DNA of 64,000 nt from contig NW_025764940.1 in assembly GCF_003918875.1 (NCBI RefSeq), positions 186,001 to 250,000 on the forward strand, written 5' to 3'. Made by a program: the position numbers and the translations under genes. The stretch comes from Haliotis rubra. Lineage: Eukaryota. The notes under the pieces were generated by a model that searched no databases, was not told where the DNA came from, and saw nothing but the letters and a program-made list of their open reading frames with translations. Shown here one piece after another: positions 36,581 to 49,777 of the stretch. Position 1 is the first letter of the stretch. Every line of letters starts with the position of its first letter.

Positions 36581-38339
36581 CACTCGTGAGATATTTCAGG
36601 GTGGGCATAACTAAGTTCTTTGTGTATAGGTAGGTTTGACATGATAGCCAAATGAAAAACACAATACGCAACCAGGGGGGCATTTGTCATTATAGTCACG
36701 GCTATACAAGGCATTCAGTCATCAGCAACAGCGAGGTATACGGTATTTAATGGGTTTCTACGCCACACGAAACTATGTGACGTTTTCAATGATATATCCG
36801 TATAAGCCGAAACGTGATAGTATTTCTCTTGAAACCCCTAGGACACTGTGTTTTGTAACTTAATGTTCGAGAAGTACTAATGTTGCCCACAGTGGCCAGA
36901 TAAACAGTTTTACATAACGAAACATTATCGTTTCATCTCCAGACCTATCATAGATATGTGTCGCGAGATTTACCAGCACACCATCATTGCGTTATTGCCA
37001 AGGCAGCTGCTTAAGTCAAATATTTTACAATACCCTACATGCATACATTCTTGTAGCGGTAAGTGAGAAACATACATTATAATATACATCATAATACAAA
37101 CATCGTTATAATTAAATGATGATCAATATTATCGGATATTTCAATAATTTCTTATCCAACACTGAAAACTACTGTAATTCTGGGCAAGTGGTTTTCCCCT
37201 ACCAGGAAGTTATCTGCACATGTGATAAGAGCACGACGTGGTTGTGTATAGCCAGGATATGAGTCCCTGCACGTATTTCTTGGGGAATACTGTGCCTATC
37301 AGATTTCGTTATTGATATCAGTAAATGGTTTAAGAAAAACACATGTATGCAGTGAATAGGCGCACCAGGACGTGTTCCTCTTAGAACACAACATGGTGGT
37401 GATATTACAGAAACGCAGGTCTCTTGTCCTCATTTTTGAGCAATCATTTACACCAGGGTTGTTTATTTTGACGAGCACAAACAGGTTGTCGTAATCATTG
37501 CTTGAGTAAATACGTACAAAAGGCTACTCGTAGTGTCGGCATTGAATGGACAAAGCAATCAGTCAGTTTACTATGCGGCGTAAACAGTGGCTGTGATATT
37601 AATGGATGAGTATTATATACATATTATATTATATATTATATTTGAGTAGACAAAGTCTGTTCCGAACTGGATCAAATAGGATTACGCCACAACTATTAAG
37701 TAATTAATTGCAATTTAAATCCGCTGGCAAATGAAAAAAATACAAGCAGTTTCTTTAATTCCATAACAGATAAATCTCCACCAGCTGTAACTTTGTGCTT
37801 TGTGTCAAACAGTTTAATCTTCAAGTTTCATACTGTGATCAACTTATACAATATGAAACTGTGGTCTTATAATTCTTCCGATTACTATTTGGTCACCGGG
37901 AGGCTTTTTACCCATGCAGTTTGCGGTGCAACGCTGATAACCAAATTGTATTGTTACGGTTAATAAATTTGCCGTGACAAAAGGTTTAAGTGTCCCTTTG
38001 AACCAACAAAATAGAACACAGACTAGTCTAAAATATTCAATAACATATTGAACAAACAATGAGCAAACTACAATGAATGACAATACAGATATCTAGTACA
38101 ATGCAATTGAGTCACAAATCTATAATATTGGGTCACAAATATAAAATATTAACTCACCAGAGTCTTGACATTCACGGCGTAGGAGTTGTGGATAAACGTC
38201 TTGAAAGGCATTTAGAAGTTGGACGAACATGAATGCATGCCACGTATTATGGATAATAAACCAATTGTATTCTTTATACGACGTTTCCGAGCTAACTCTA
38301 GCTCTATTTCCCTGATAAAGGAGCAATAAAGAATAAAAG

Positions 38340-38920
38340 GTAATTACTTTCCATATTCATAAACAACATTATCACTCAAGTTATATATGTTATAACTATG
38401 ATGGGACACTCAAGTAGGAAGAAATAAACTGTATGAACTGAAAGGAACAATTCGTTATACCTACTTGGGTTGTCAGTCAAGACGTGATGAGGTAATTTTA
38501 CGGCGATGTCGTATTGGCCACAGTCGATTTACTCATGATTATCTGCTGAAAACGGATGGGGATGGACCCCCCATGTGTGTCTCTTGCGATGAGGTTGTCA
38601 CCATCAAGCATATTCTGCTTGAATGCGTGGACTTATGATGCAACAAACCTAAAAGATCTGTTCTCCCGCGTGAGCGCTCATCTGATAGTGAATTACCTGA
38701 GGGAAGTTGATCTGTACCATAAATTGTTACTGTGAAATCTTACTATCATAAATTGTAACTGTGAAATGTGACTAACAAATTGCCTGCCTTTAAATTTGAT
38801 GTGTTTTTGAAATAAAACTCATTCCGAGTATGTACTTACAATGGTTATTAATGCAAACTTGTTCTCGTCACTATACGGCTGGAAATTTCCGATGTGACGC
38901 AAAACCCAACTCAACTCAAC
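38340..38920 (+). mobile_element. LINE 3' fragment (related subfamily) ending in (AACTC)n
   Basis: Reads RRDEVILRRCRIGHSRFTHDYLLKTDGDGPPMCVSCDEVVTIKHILLECVDL at about 38480-38636, then 3' UTR and tail. A second copy of its 3' end lies at 18387-18685 (-). Confidence 0.8.
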
Positions 38921-39445
38921 TTACTATGTTATATGTGTTTTAACAGTGAATAGCACTAGTTTTGTATGTTTACACGAATGCGTGTATGTTTCGATGTGCT
39001 TGTGCTACTATGTACTACTATTTACTATGGGTATGTTCAGTTCGTCATGTGTGACATTGCATCTAATGCTAAAACCCTATAGAAACATGTAATATTAAAA
39101 ACAATTAAATCGGCGAAGAGAACGTATATGTTTATTTGTGTATTACTGACCACATGTTAAGGAAAACTTCAATACGATTCCTGACAGATCATTGCATTAG
39201 AAAGGACGATTAGCAAGAATTTAAGATTTAGGATCAAATGAAACTCCATGACATCAATGTTGAGAAGATTTAATATTTGTCTCATACTTTATGTCATCAT
39301 ATCAATTGAACATCTGTTCTGTTGATGTACAGTTTTCATTATCGCAAATCACCTAACATTTAAGTCCATAATCACTTTGTCGGTCTCTGGACATGAGGAG
39401 AATTTGTTCACATGATTAAGGATATGTTTCCTTAAGGATATGCAC

Positions 39446-39736
39446 CTACTCGTCGGGGTCTCCCGACAGCTTTGGGTACACACCATACAAGAAGATTAAT
39501 CTTGTCCCGAAAGCTGCTGCTAAAGTTCCCAGGATCATATTCTTTCCAATGGAACCTCCGCCTGTAGTGACTGCAATTGCGATAACGATAAAATCAGCGG
39601 CAAATCCAATACCAGCACTCTTCGCCCGATCCTTCGCCATGTCTTCATTTTCATCTTGAAGGTAAACAGTAGCAGAGCGCAGGTCATAGCATGGGCCTAC
39701 AATCGGGATGTGCTTGAACAGTTCATGGAAGGTCAT
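39446..39736 (-). CDS. Small (96 aa) uncharacterised Gly/Ala-rich protein with two hydrophobic segments; single coding exon
   Basis: The ORF MTFHELFKHIPIVGPCY...SAGIGFAADFIVIAIAVTTGGGSIGKNMILGTLAAAFGTRLIFLYGVY is preceded 13 nt upstream by a good acceptor (ttttctgtttcag, exon starts 39749). A candidate non-coding exon ends at CAG|GTATTG (40838), with TATATAAA at 40914-40921 and AATAAA at 39131-39136, all on the minus strand. Confidence 0.65.
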   Translation of the reverse strand: MTFHELFKHIPIVGPCYDLRSATVYLQDENEDMAKDRAKSAGIGFAADFIVIAIAVTTGGGSIGKNMILGTLAAAFGTRLIFLYGVYPKLSGDPDE

Positions 39737-41533
39737 TTCCCTACTGTCACTGAAACAGAAAATATTTCATCACACTATTGCAAAAGGACGTATTTTTGCT
39801 CGCCATTTATTAATATCACTTGAGTCGTATGCTGATGAACGAGCAGGATCCGGTCTTTTTACAAACTGCACCTCGTAAAGACATTAGCTTGTAGATGTCT
39901 TGAACAGATGAGGTTTGCAAGACATTTACAGTTTTGTAAAGGTGGTACTGCGATCGACTTATATTATATGAACAACAGGCTATATATTTATTACCAATAT
40001 GTAGACGCTTTACCCCATGTCATACAGGTTGTGGTGCAGTACTGTTAACCAAATTGTATGTTAACAGAACAAGCAGATGCCTCACATCACCCTGACTTGT
40101 ATTCCATGCACATTACCGCTAAGATGCGGCAAATGTTGATCGTAATCATTTTTAATCAGATATGATAATGGTATGAATCTCCACAACACTCGTGTGAAGC
40201 CCATTTCTGGTGTCCCCAGCCGTGATGTTGCTGGAATATTGCTAAAAGCGGCGTAAAACCAAACTCAGTCAGTCAGTCAGTCCACAACACTCATCCGCAT
40301 TTGGACGTATGAGCTGTAGATAACATTCTTGAAAGGCATTTAGAAGTTGGACGATCATGAATACACACACTTTACCGTACAAATGAAATGATAAACAAAT
40401 AGTCCTGGCATTATGCAATATAATACATGAACACTTTTGACCTCACCCCTTTGCGAATAAAGTCTCGATCATGTCTGTTCAAAGAATAGGTTGACGAATA
40501 ACGGAATGTTCCTCTCAAGCGCCTTCTTATGGCTGGGGGCTGGGGGTGCTGGTGGGGTTGGGTCACCGTTAAGGGGGTCGTCAGTTTTGTTCTGGGGAGG
40601 TAGGGGGTCATCAATTCGTACATGACAGGCGGGAGTTCACTAACTTTGTACATAATTTTCAGGGGGTGTCATTCGCAGTTTACATGCTTCTCCTTAAATA
40701 TCACCCACCTCCTCCCAGCCATAAATTATTAACTGTCCCTCATATAACAATTGTGTTGTAAGAGCAGCAACGCAATGCAGCTAACGTTTGAAGCCAGCAC
40801 GACAATGCTATAAAACATCTATTATACATAACAATACCTGCAAACCCCGTTCCACAGCCACGGGTAACCTCTGTCATGTGCTGAGACGATTGTACAATTG
40901 CGAGTACAATGTGTTTATATAAAAGAGTTGATACCAGGTGTTCGAGAAAAGGTGAATTAATTCTGTCCTAACCTCTAGCATTCTGTCAAAAAATACATGC
41001 AAAGATTAGTCACTTGTACAACTGAATCGGGAGGATATGGCACAATTCTAAACGGCGAACTGCATGGGGCATATTTTTTTGGGTACAAAGTATGAAGAAC
41101 ATTCTGCTGTCCTCCGCCGTGATATTGCTGGAATATTGCTAAAAGCGGTGTAAACCTATACTCACTCATTCACTAGATACGTTCATGCTACACCTTATAG
41201 GTTGGTTAAGTGTCATGACAGAACAAGAATATGAAGCACTACTTTTATTAAAATCAGATACACACCAACAAATAAAATATCTGTATTCCATTCGTCGTTA
41301 TTTACGGTTGAATTACTTGAGATATCCCTGAAACACAATGCTGAGGTGATATTCATAACACACATAGTGGTTAAGCGTTCGCTCGGATCCGCAAGATCCG
41401 GGTTCGATACCCCACATGGGTACATTGTGTGAAGCCCATTTCTGGTATCCCTCGCCGTAATACTGCTGGAATGTTGCTAAAACGGCTTTAAACTAAACTA
41501 AGTAACTAAGTAACTCACTCACTCACTCACTCA

Positions 41534-43878
41534 CCGTATGTCAATACCCGTTACCTACCTTGTTATCGTCTCCGTTACCCACAGTGCATCATCCCGTTAC
41601 CCACCCTTTATCACCTCCGTTACCCACCGCGTATCGTCTCCGTTACCCACCCTGTATCATCTCCGTTACCCATCCTGTATCATCTCCGTTACCCACCCCG
41701 TATTGTCTCCGTTACCCACCCGTATCTTCTCTGTTACCCACCTTGTTATCGTCTCCGTTACCCACAGTGCATCATCCCCGTTACCCACCCTATATCACCT
41801 CCGTTACCCACCGCGTATCGTCTCCGTTACCCACCCTGTTTCATCTCCGTTACCCACTCTGTATCGTCTCCGTTACCCACCCCGTATCGTCACCGTTACC
41901 CACCGCGTATCATCTCCGCTACCCACCCTGTATCATCTCCGTTACCCACCGCGAATCATCTCCGTTACCCACCATGTATCATCTCTGTTACCCACCCTGT
42001 ATCATCTCTGTTACCCACCCTGTATCATCTCCGTTACCCACCCTGTATCATCTCCGTTACCCACCATGTATCACCTCTGTTACCCACCCTGTATCATCAC
42101 CGTTACCCACCGCGTATCATCTCCGCTACCCACCCTGTATTGTCTCTGTTACCCACCGCGTATCATCTCCGCTACCCACCATGTATCATCTCTGTTACCC
42201 ACCCTGTATCATCTCTGTTACCCATCCTGTATCATCTCCGTTACCCACCGCGTATCATCTCCGCTACCCACCCTGTATCATCTCTGTTACCCACCGCGTA
42301 TCATCTCCGTTACCCACCCTGTATCATCTCCGTTACCCAACCTGTATCATCTCTGTTACCCACCCTGTATCATCTCCGCTACCCACCCTGTATCATCTCT
42401 GTTACCCACCGCGTATCATCTCCGCTACCCACCCTGTATCGTCTCCGTTACCCACCATGTATCATCTCTGTTACCCACCCTGTATCATCTCTGTTACCCA
42501 TCCTGTATCATCTCCGTTACCCACCCTGTATCATCTCCGTTACCCACCCTGTATCGTCTCCGTTACCCACCCTGTATCATCTCCCTTACCCACCCTGTAT
42601 CATCTCCGTTACCCACCCTGTATCATCTCCGTTACCCATCCTGTATCATCTCCGTTACCCATCCTGTATCATCTCCGTTACCCATCCTGTATCGTCTCCG
42701 TTACCCACCCTGTATTGTCTCCGTAACCCACCGTATATCATGTCCGTTACCCACTTTGTTATCGTCTCCGTTATCCACAGTGCATCATCCCCGTTACCCA
42801 CCCTGTGTCGTCTCCGTTACCCATCCTGTATCGTCTCCGTTACCCACCGCGTATCATCTCCGTTACCGACCCTGTATCGTCTCCGTTACCCACCGTATAT
42901 CATGTCCGTTACCCACTTTGTCATCGTCTCCGTTACCCACAGTGTATCATCTCCGTTACCAGCCCTGTATCATCTCCGTTACCCACAGTGGATCATCCCC
43001 GTTACCCACCCCTTATCACCTCCGTTACCCACCGCGTATCGTCTCCGTTATCCACCCTGTATCGTCTCCGTTACCCACCCTGTATTGTCTCCGTTACCCA
43101 CCGTATATCATGTCCGTTACCCACCATGTATCGTCTCCGTTATCCACAGTGCATCATCCCCATTACCCATCCTGTATCGTCTCCGTTACCCATCCTGTAT
43201 CGTCTCCGTTACCCACCGCGTATCGTCTCCGTTACCGACCCTGTATCGTCTCCGTTACCCACCGTATATCATGTCCGTTACCCACTTTGTCATCGTCTCC
43301 GTTACCCACAGTGTATCATCTCCGTTACCCACCCCTTATCACCTCCGTTACCCACCGCGTATCGTCTCCGTTATCCACCCTGTATCGTCTCCGTTACCCA
43401 CCCTGTATTGTCTCCGTTACCCACCGTATATCATGTCCGTTACCCACCGCGTATCGTCTCCGTTATCCACCCTGTATCGTCTCCGTTACCCACCCTGTAT
43501 TGTCTCCGTTACCCACCGTATATCATGTCCGTTACCCACCATGTATCGTCTCCGTTATCCACAGTGCATCATCCCCATTACCCATCCTGTATCGTCTCCG
43601 TTACCCATCCTTTATCGTCTCCGTTACCCACCCTGTATCATCTCTGTTACCCACCGCGTATCGTCTCCGTTACCCATCCTGTATCATCTCCGTTACCCAT
43701 CCTGTATCGTCTCCGTTACCCACCCTGTATTGTCTCCGTTACCCACCGTATATCATGTCCGTTACCCACCATGTATCGTCTCCGTTATCCACAGTGCATC
43801 ATCCCCATTACCCATCCTGTATCGTCTCCGTTACCCACCGCGTATCGTCTCCGTTACCCACCGTATGTCAATGTCCGT
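41534..43878. repeat. 23-bp minisatellite (CTCCGTTACCCACCCTGTATCAT), about 100 copies
   Basis: Direct reading; the translated ORFs have a 23-aa period equal to three units; followed by (GA)n at 43880-43922. Confidence 0.97.
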
Positions 43879-44831
43879 TAGAGAGAGAGAGAGAGAGACA
43901 GAGAGAGAGAGACAGAGAGAGATTAGTGGATGTGTCACTGTTGTGCAATGGGTATTTCAAAAGGTAAAGTTCAAAGTTGAATCAACGTTTGCTTAATCAG
44001 ATGTTTTGTTCAATTTTCGGTTTCATCAGGAGAACGGGTATTCTGGATCAAGAAAATCACCACAAGTTCTTTGTAAGCATAGCAGTCGCATTCGTGAGCA
44101 AATCGTCATATTACATGACAAGTCGAACGGAGAATCGACGCAGTTGATACAATTGTCAAATGTCGACATTCATGCATCATCCACCTTTATCGATTAGGGG
44201 TGGGTCTTTGCAGGTTACCGGATATGAAGGGGTGCTTGGTGAGTCAATGCTCAACTCCACGCATAGTTGTTGGCCGCCAAGCATTGTTGGGAGCATTTGA
44301 CTAGCGACCGATTCACTGCAGAGAGCTTCGCGAATGGGATATTGTTGCATGGTGGCTGACATAAGGTATGCATGGGTACGTTCTGCATCGATAACTGATT
44401 CTGGGTGGTATGACCACACTCTTGTATTCACCATTTACCAGTCGTGTACATGACAATTGTACCTATTCTGTCAGCAGATTACATGGGAAAATATGTCCGA
44501 AAGTCACCAGAAGAGGGTATCTCAGTGAAGGTCACCTTGCCTAATTCCAACTGCGCAGTACATGATGGCCATGCAACTATAACCTGTAGTGATCCGTTAC
44601 TGGGATAGACGGGTTAGCATGTGCTTTAGATTAGGAACATGTTATTGCCAAGTAATTTGAATATGTGATCCTATGTTATATCCTATGTATATCGACAGCA
44701 GCATGTTTGAGATGCCCATGTTACTCTGAAACATACATCACTAAGAGGCAGTAAATGCATAATTTGGCAAAGGTTTGTATGCTAGTGTTTAAATGTTTGA
44801 GAGGGATCCAAACATATTTTAATTTTTCAGC

Positions 44832-46595
44832 ATGGGTTGTGTACGAGGACGGACGGTATTGATTACAGTAACTGTTTCCATGGTTATTGCGAACATTGTC
44901 GTCTTCGGCGTGGCTGTGTATTTGGCGTCAACGAGCCAGACGGATCGACAGCCCGCTGCTGAAGCCCAGAGATTCAAAGATTACATAGACAGCAAGGTGT
45001 GTGGATCGTGTTTACTTAATAGTGTACTTGAAACATTTATAGGTTTAATCTGGCATATATGTGTTCGTACCGACCACTGAAATAGAGGTTATACCCTTAC
45101 GTGTAACTAGGAGTTCGTTATTATTGCATCGTCAATGTTATTGAACTGAACATTCGTAAGCTTATGATGAACTATAGAGTAACGACGGGTCCTAATGTTA
45201 CGAACGCTTTGAGGATCGGGACCCTTTAACTCTTTGCTTGAGTGTAGGAATGTAGTTCATATTTGACCCAATGATCAGATTTACCCTTTTCTGCTACAAG
45301 ATATGCTGCTTTCATTAAAGTCAACCTAAATGATAAACCGTAATTCTGTTAACATTTTCATGACTTGAGATAATTATATCTGCAGATAGCCGATGCAGTG
45401 AAACTGGCAGAGAAATCATTCAAGGACAACAGTTCTGAAATTAAAGGTATGATGAACATTATCAACACAATCACAAAGAAAATGTCACGTGAGACGCAGG
45501 TATACATGGGATTTAAAATGAAAAATCAGGTATTTGAAAGAAATAGGTAGCTGCATATACTCGATTCCACAGATGACAATTTCAATTTGCTTTGTAGATG
45601 CACTGGATTTGACTTTTCTGAACCTCTTGAAACCCATGGCTTTCCTTCATGGAGTGGGTCCCTTTGACGAGTCAGGTATGTATGTGAGGCATGTGTAGCT
45701 GCTAAAACATGTATAACCTATGTGTACATGTAGATGCATAGACAGCTGGTTTGTCATATTTCAAAGTTAGTGATAATTTGTAAAATACGATTAGGGATAT
45801 TCAAATTGCCATGTGTCCAGCGTAATCATCCGTGAAGATCTGGGTTAGAGTTGATCTTTAGCAACCCATGCTTGTCATAAGAGATGACTAACGGGATCGG
45901 GTGGTCAGGTTGGTTGACACATGTCATCGCACCCCAATGTGGTATATCGATGCTCATGCTGTTGACCACCGGATTGTCTGGTCCATTATTTACAGACCGG
46001 GGTAATATAGCTGGAATATTGCTGTGTGTGGCGTTAAACAACAACCAATCAATCAATCCAGCAATTATAACAACATCTGTTCATGGACAGTTGTATGTAT
46101 AGTCAAAATAGATAAACTATAACTTATAAATGTCTTACCCACTCCGGTATATAGTTCTATAAACCTGTCAATATCACTTCAGACATTCAAGGTGGAAGAA
46201 CTACAGTTCGAAATTGGATAACAACAGATGGTCTGAAGAAGGCCGAGCTTCTTAATGGGATGAAGTACGCCCGTGGCAGAGTCATAGTCCCTGAGAGCGG
46301 CTGTTACCGGGTAACTGTTAGTGCAATGATGCACTATGAGGGTACAAGGGGACATTGTAAAACCTTCTCACTTGACGTCATCCGATATAACGCAAACACA
46401 AAGAAAGAAGAAGTCATATATCGTGAGAATGAAGAGATGTGTCCTGAAACCAAGGACGGGGCTTCTGACTACCACAGTCATTTCGTCGGTCTTGTAGAGT
46501 TAAATCCTGGAGATCAGATATTTGTCGTTGTATCAGATCTGTCACTTCTAAAGACACACAGAGACGACCATTACTTTCAAGTTTGTTTAACTTAA
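44832..46595 (+). CDS. TNF-superfamily ligand paralog 4 (divergent); about 238 aa; exons 44832-44996, 45386-45446, 45598-45675, 46183-46595
   Basis: GT-AG introns with phases 0,1,1; exon 2 is 61 nt as in paralog 3. TM VLITVTVSMVIANIVVFGVAVYL; LKPMAFLHG; VRNW...NGMKYARGRVIVPESGCYRV...LNPGDQIFV...HYFQV. AATAAA at about 47012. Confidence 0.88.
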
Positions 46596-47701
46596 AAAGA
46601 TGAAGAATCAATACCTGGCAGTCTAGTCGGCTGTCAAAAGTTGCATTGATTTCCATAACCCGAAAGCAGGTGATAGGCATGTCACACAAACTTAATATTA
46701 GTTTATACTGCTTTTATGGTATGGCATCTGAAAATCAGTGATAGTATTCGATTTAATTAAATCAACTATCACAGCATTAGTTTTATTGCTTGTATTGATT
46801 AGTTATGTTGCTATGTCGCACTTTGTATGCACATTGTTTGTTTTAATGTTTATTTTTCACTCTATTCTGTTTGTATGTATATGTTTATGGAAAGGGTTTC
46901 TCAAGTTAGACCAGACTGAGGGGCACAATGTAAAAACCGTATCTTTTTTATGTGTTCCCAATCTCCAACCGCAACCAGTAAGAAAGCGTGTTGTCCGAAA
47001 ACATAAGTACAAATAAATTTATATTCTAAAAATACTCTTCACCTGTTATGTACATTGTTTTCGGAAATTCGGAAATTGCAAAAACGGTACAACTAACGGA
47101 CCTGCTTGTGACCTAACGTGTGCAATTGTAATTGTATTATATCAGGACATAGATTGTCAAAACGGCCAGGAAAATTGAGATAACGACTGCCTATAGTTTC
47201 GGAACGAAAGGTTAGGGCTTGTGGGATCGGAAGATGGTAAATAGAGGAAAATACTGACAGGCGCTAACCTGAACAAGGACGCTTCACGCACTGTGATCTG
47301 AGTTGTATGTATTTATATACTCTGTGTCACTCATGATCTGTGACGTGTGGCTATTTATATCCTAGCGTGACATGAGCACTGTGACATTTATAGTTTCTAC
47401 TGTTCAGATCACGGGCGGGTTTGTGATTAATTCCCCACAAATCCCGCGTGTGTAATTTGAGATACCGTTACATGTCCAACTGACAAGAGTATTGGATAAG
47501 TTCATAAACCTGTTAGTCTAATAACAGTATAGCACAATATGTGTATAGAGGACACTTCATTACATTCGGGATCGCACATTATATTGATCGAGATGTATCT
47601 ATTTACTTGATCTACGCGTAAGAATATACATCCTCTCAACAAAGAAGCTGACCTTCGTATGTATGTTTGTTGTTTAACGTCTTAGTGAGCAATGTTCAGG
47701 T

Positions 47702-48258
47702 CCACACGAGCTAGTGATTGACATCATGAATACCACACAAGCTAGTGATTGACATCATGAACACCACACAAGCTAATGATTGACATCATGAATACCACAC
47801 AAGCTAATGATTGACATCGTGAATACCACACAAGCTAGTGATTGACATCATGAATACCACACAAGCTAATGATTGACATCATGAATACCACACAAGCTAG
47901 TGATTGACATCGTGAATACCACACAAGCTAGTGATTGACATCGTGAATACCACACAAGCTAGTGATTGACATCATGAATACCACACAAGCTAATGATTGA
48001 CATCGTGAATACCACACAAGCTAATGATTGACATCGTGAATACCACACAAGCTAATGATTGCCATCATGAATACCACACAAGCTAATCATTGACATCATA
48101 AATACCACACAAGCTAATGATTGACATCATGAATACCACACAAGCTAATGATTGACATCGTGAATACCACACAAGCTAATGATTGACATCATGAATACCA
48201 CACAAGCTAATGATTGACATCATGAATACCACACAAGCCAATGATTGACATCATGAAT
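47702..48258. repeat. 31-bp minisatellite (CCACACAAGCTAGTGATTGACATCATGAATA), about 18 copies
   Basis: Unit starts at 47702, 47733 and so on; embedded in a minus-strand SINE-B. Confidence 0.95.
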
Positions 48259-49456
48259 ATCTAAGCAAGTGGGATGCAATGATATGCATGAACCAGGTCA
48301 ATGGGTCTGACCACCCCATCCCATGAGTTGCCTTTTAAGGTAAGCGTGGGTTCTTTGGAAGAACCCGGATCTTCACAGGTTGTTCTAACTTAATTGCTTA
48401 TCATAATAGCAAATGTGGCTGCCCTTAAATTGTGATGGAAAAGAAACACAAAATTCTGATTCTGTGTTTGCTTTCGCTCGTTTGGTTACTCCTCTTGGTG
48501 TATGCAATAGCGCGAGGGTGTGGCTCATAGAGATGCAAAACATTGTCTAGTAACAGATTAAAACAGATAAGATACATTGCCTGTGTTTTCACAGATATAT
48601 TGGTGAACAAAAAGCTTGATCATGTATGTCAACTTTATATTGTAGTAGTATTCCAGCTGCACTATAGGGTATCTTGGGGAGTGAAGGAGTAGTTTTCAGC
48701 ATGATCTGTTCATTAATCGAGATATGCACTCTACTCACAGTACGTATTCTGTATAAACGTACTTTACTCTTGATCGTTTTTGAGACAGTACCTCGCATTC
48801 ATGGTTTATCCGGGAATTCCGTAATCCCCTGGAATGGTATAGTTAGATTATTGCTATAATGTGTTCACCTAACTTCAAGAGTTGAACCTGTACCGATACT
48901 GTTTCCAATTGGTCTTTAGCAACCCATCCTCGTCGGGAAAGCGACGAATGGGAGAGGGTGGTCAGGCTCGATGCTCATGATATCAGTCCCTAAATTTTCT
49001 GATCCTGACTCGAATATTTACAGACTACCGTCATGTAGCTCGAATATTGCTGAGTGCGACTTTTAACAACAAACACATACTTCCAGGGTTGAAACTGTAA
49101 AGATACTGTTTAGAACCCATGCATGTCCTAAAAGCAGTGAACGGGAGAGGGCTTTCAGGCTCGACTTGACGGATGCATGTTTTTGTGACCCACTTGCAGA
49201 GATATACAGGCAAGTTACGCTGTAGAAATATTGCAATAAACTTCATTAGATGTCCATTCGTTGTTGTTATAAGTTGTTTAAATTTCCGAATCTTGATGGA
49301 GAGACAGTTTTCTATCTACAGAATAGAATGGACAGACAAGTAAAACATGAAATTCATCTAGTTTAACATTACAATGACATTTGTCACATATCAGCACATT
49401 GTTATTTATATTACTTTTATAACGTTGTTGCTGAACATTCAATTTATTAATGTATT

Positions 49457-49738
49457 AGGGACCGTTAATAATTTATGGGTGTGGGGGGATGATGATTTTA
49501 ATGGGGGGTTCCCCAATTTGTTTGGGAGGCAGGGGTCATCAGTTTTGTACACAAGTACTGGGGGCAATTTTGTACACAGAAATATTTTTTAAATTATGCT
49601 TAAATATTATGGGAAGGGGGGGGGCATTGGTTTTGTACATGACATGCAGGGCGGGGTCACTTACTTTGTACATAAATGTTGGGGGGGGGGTGTCATTCAC
49701 ATTTCACATGCTTCACCATGAAAATCACCATCATCATC

Positions 49739-49777
<39 letters not shown>

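Noticed and set aside
41538-43996. Long ORFs of 809, 618, 388 and 358 aa
   Set aside because: Artefacts of a stop-free 23-bp tandem repeat; all three + frames give the same permuted peptide.
44177-44434. 85-aa minus-strand ORF upstream of TNF paralog 4
   Set aside because: No motif, splice context or paralog support.
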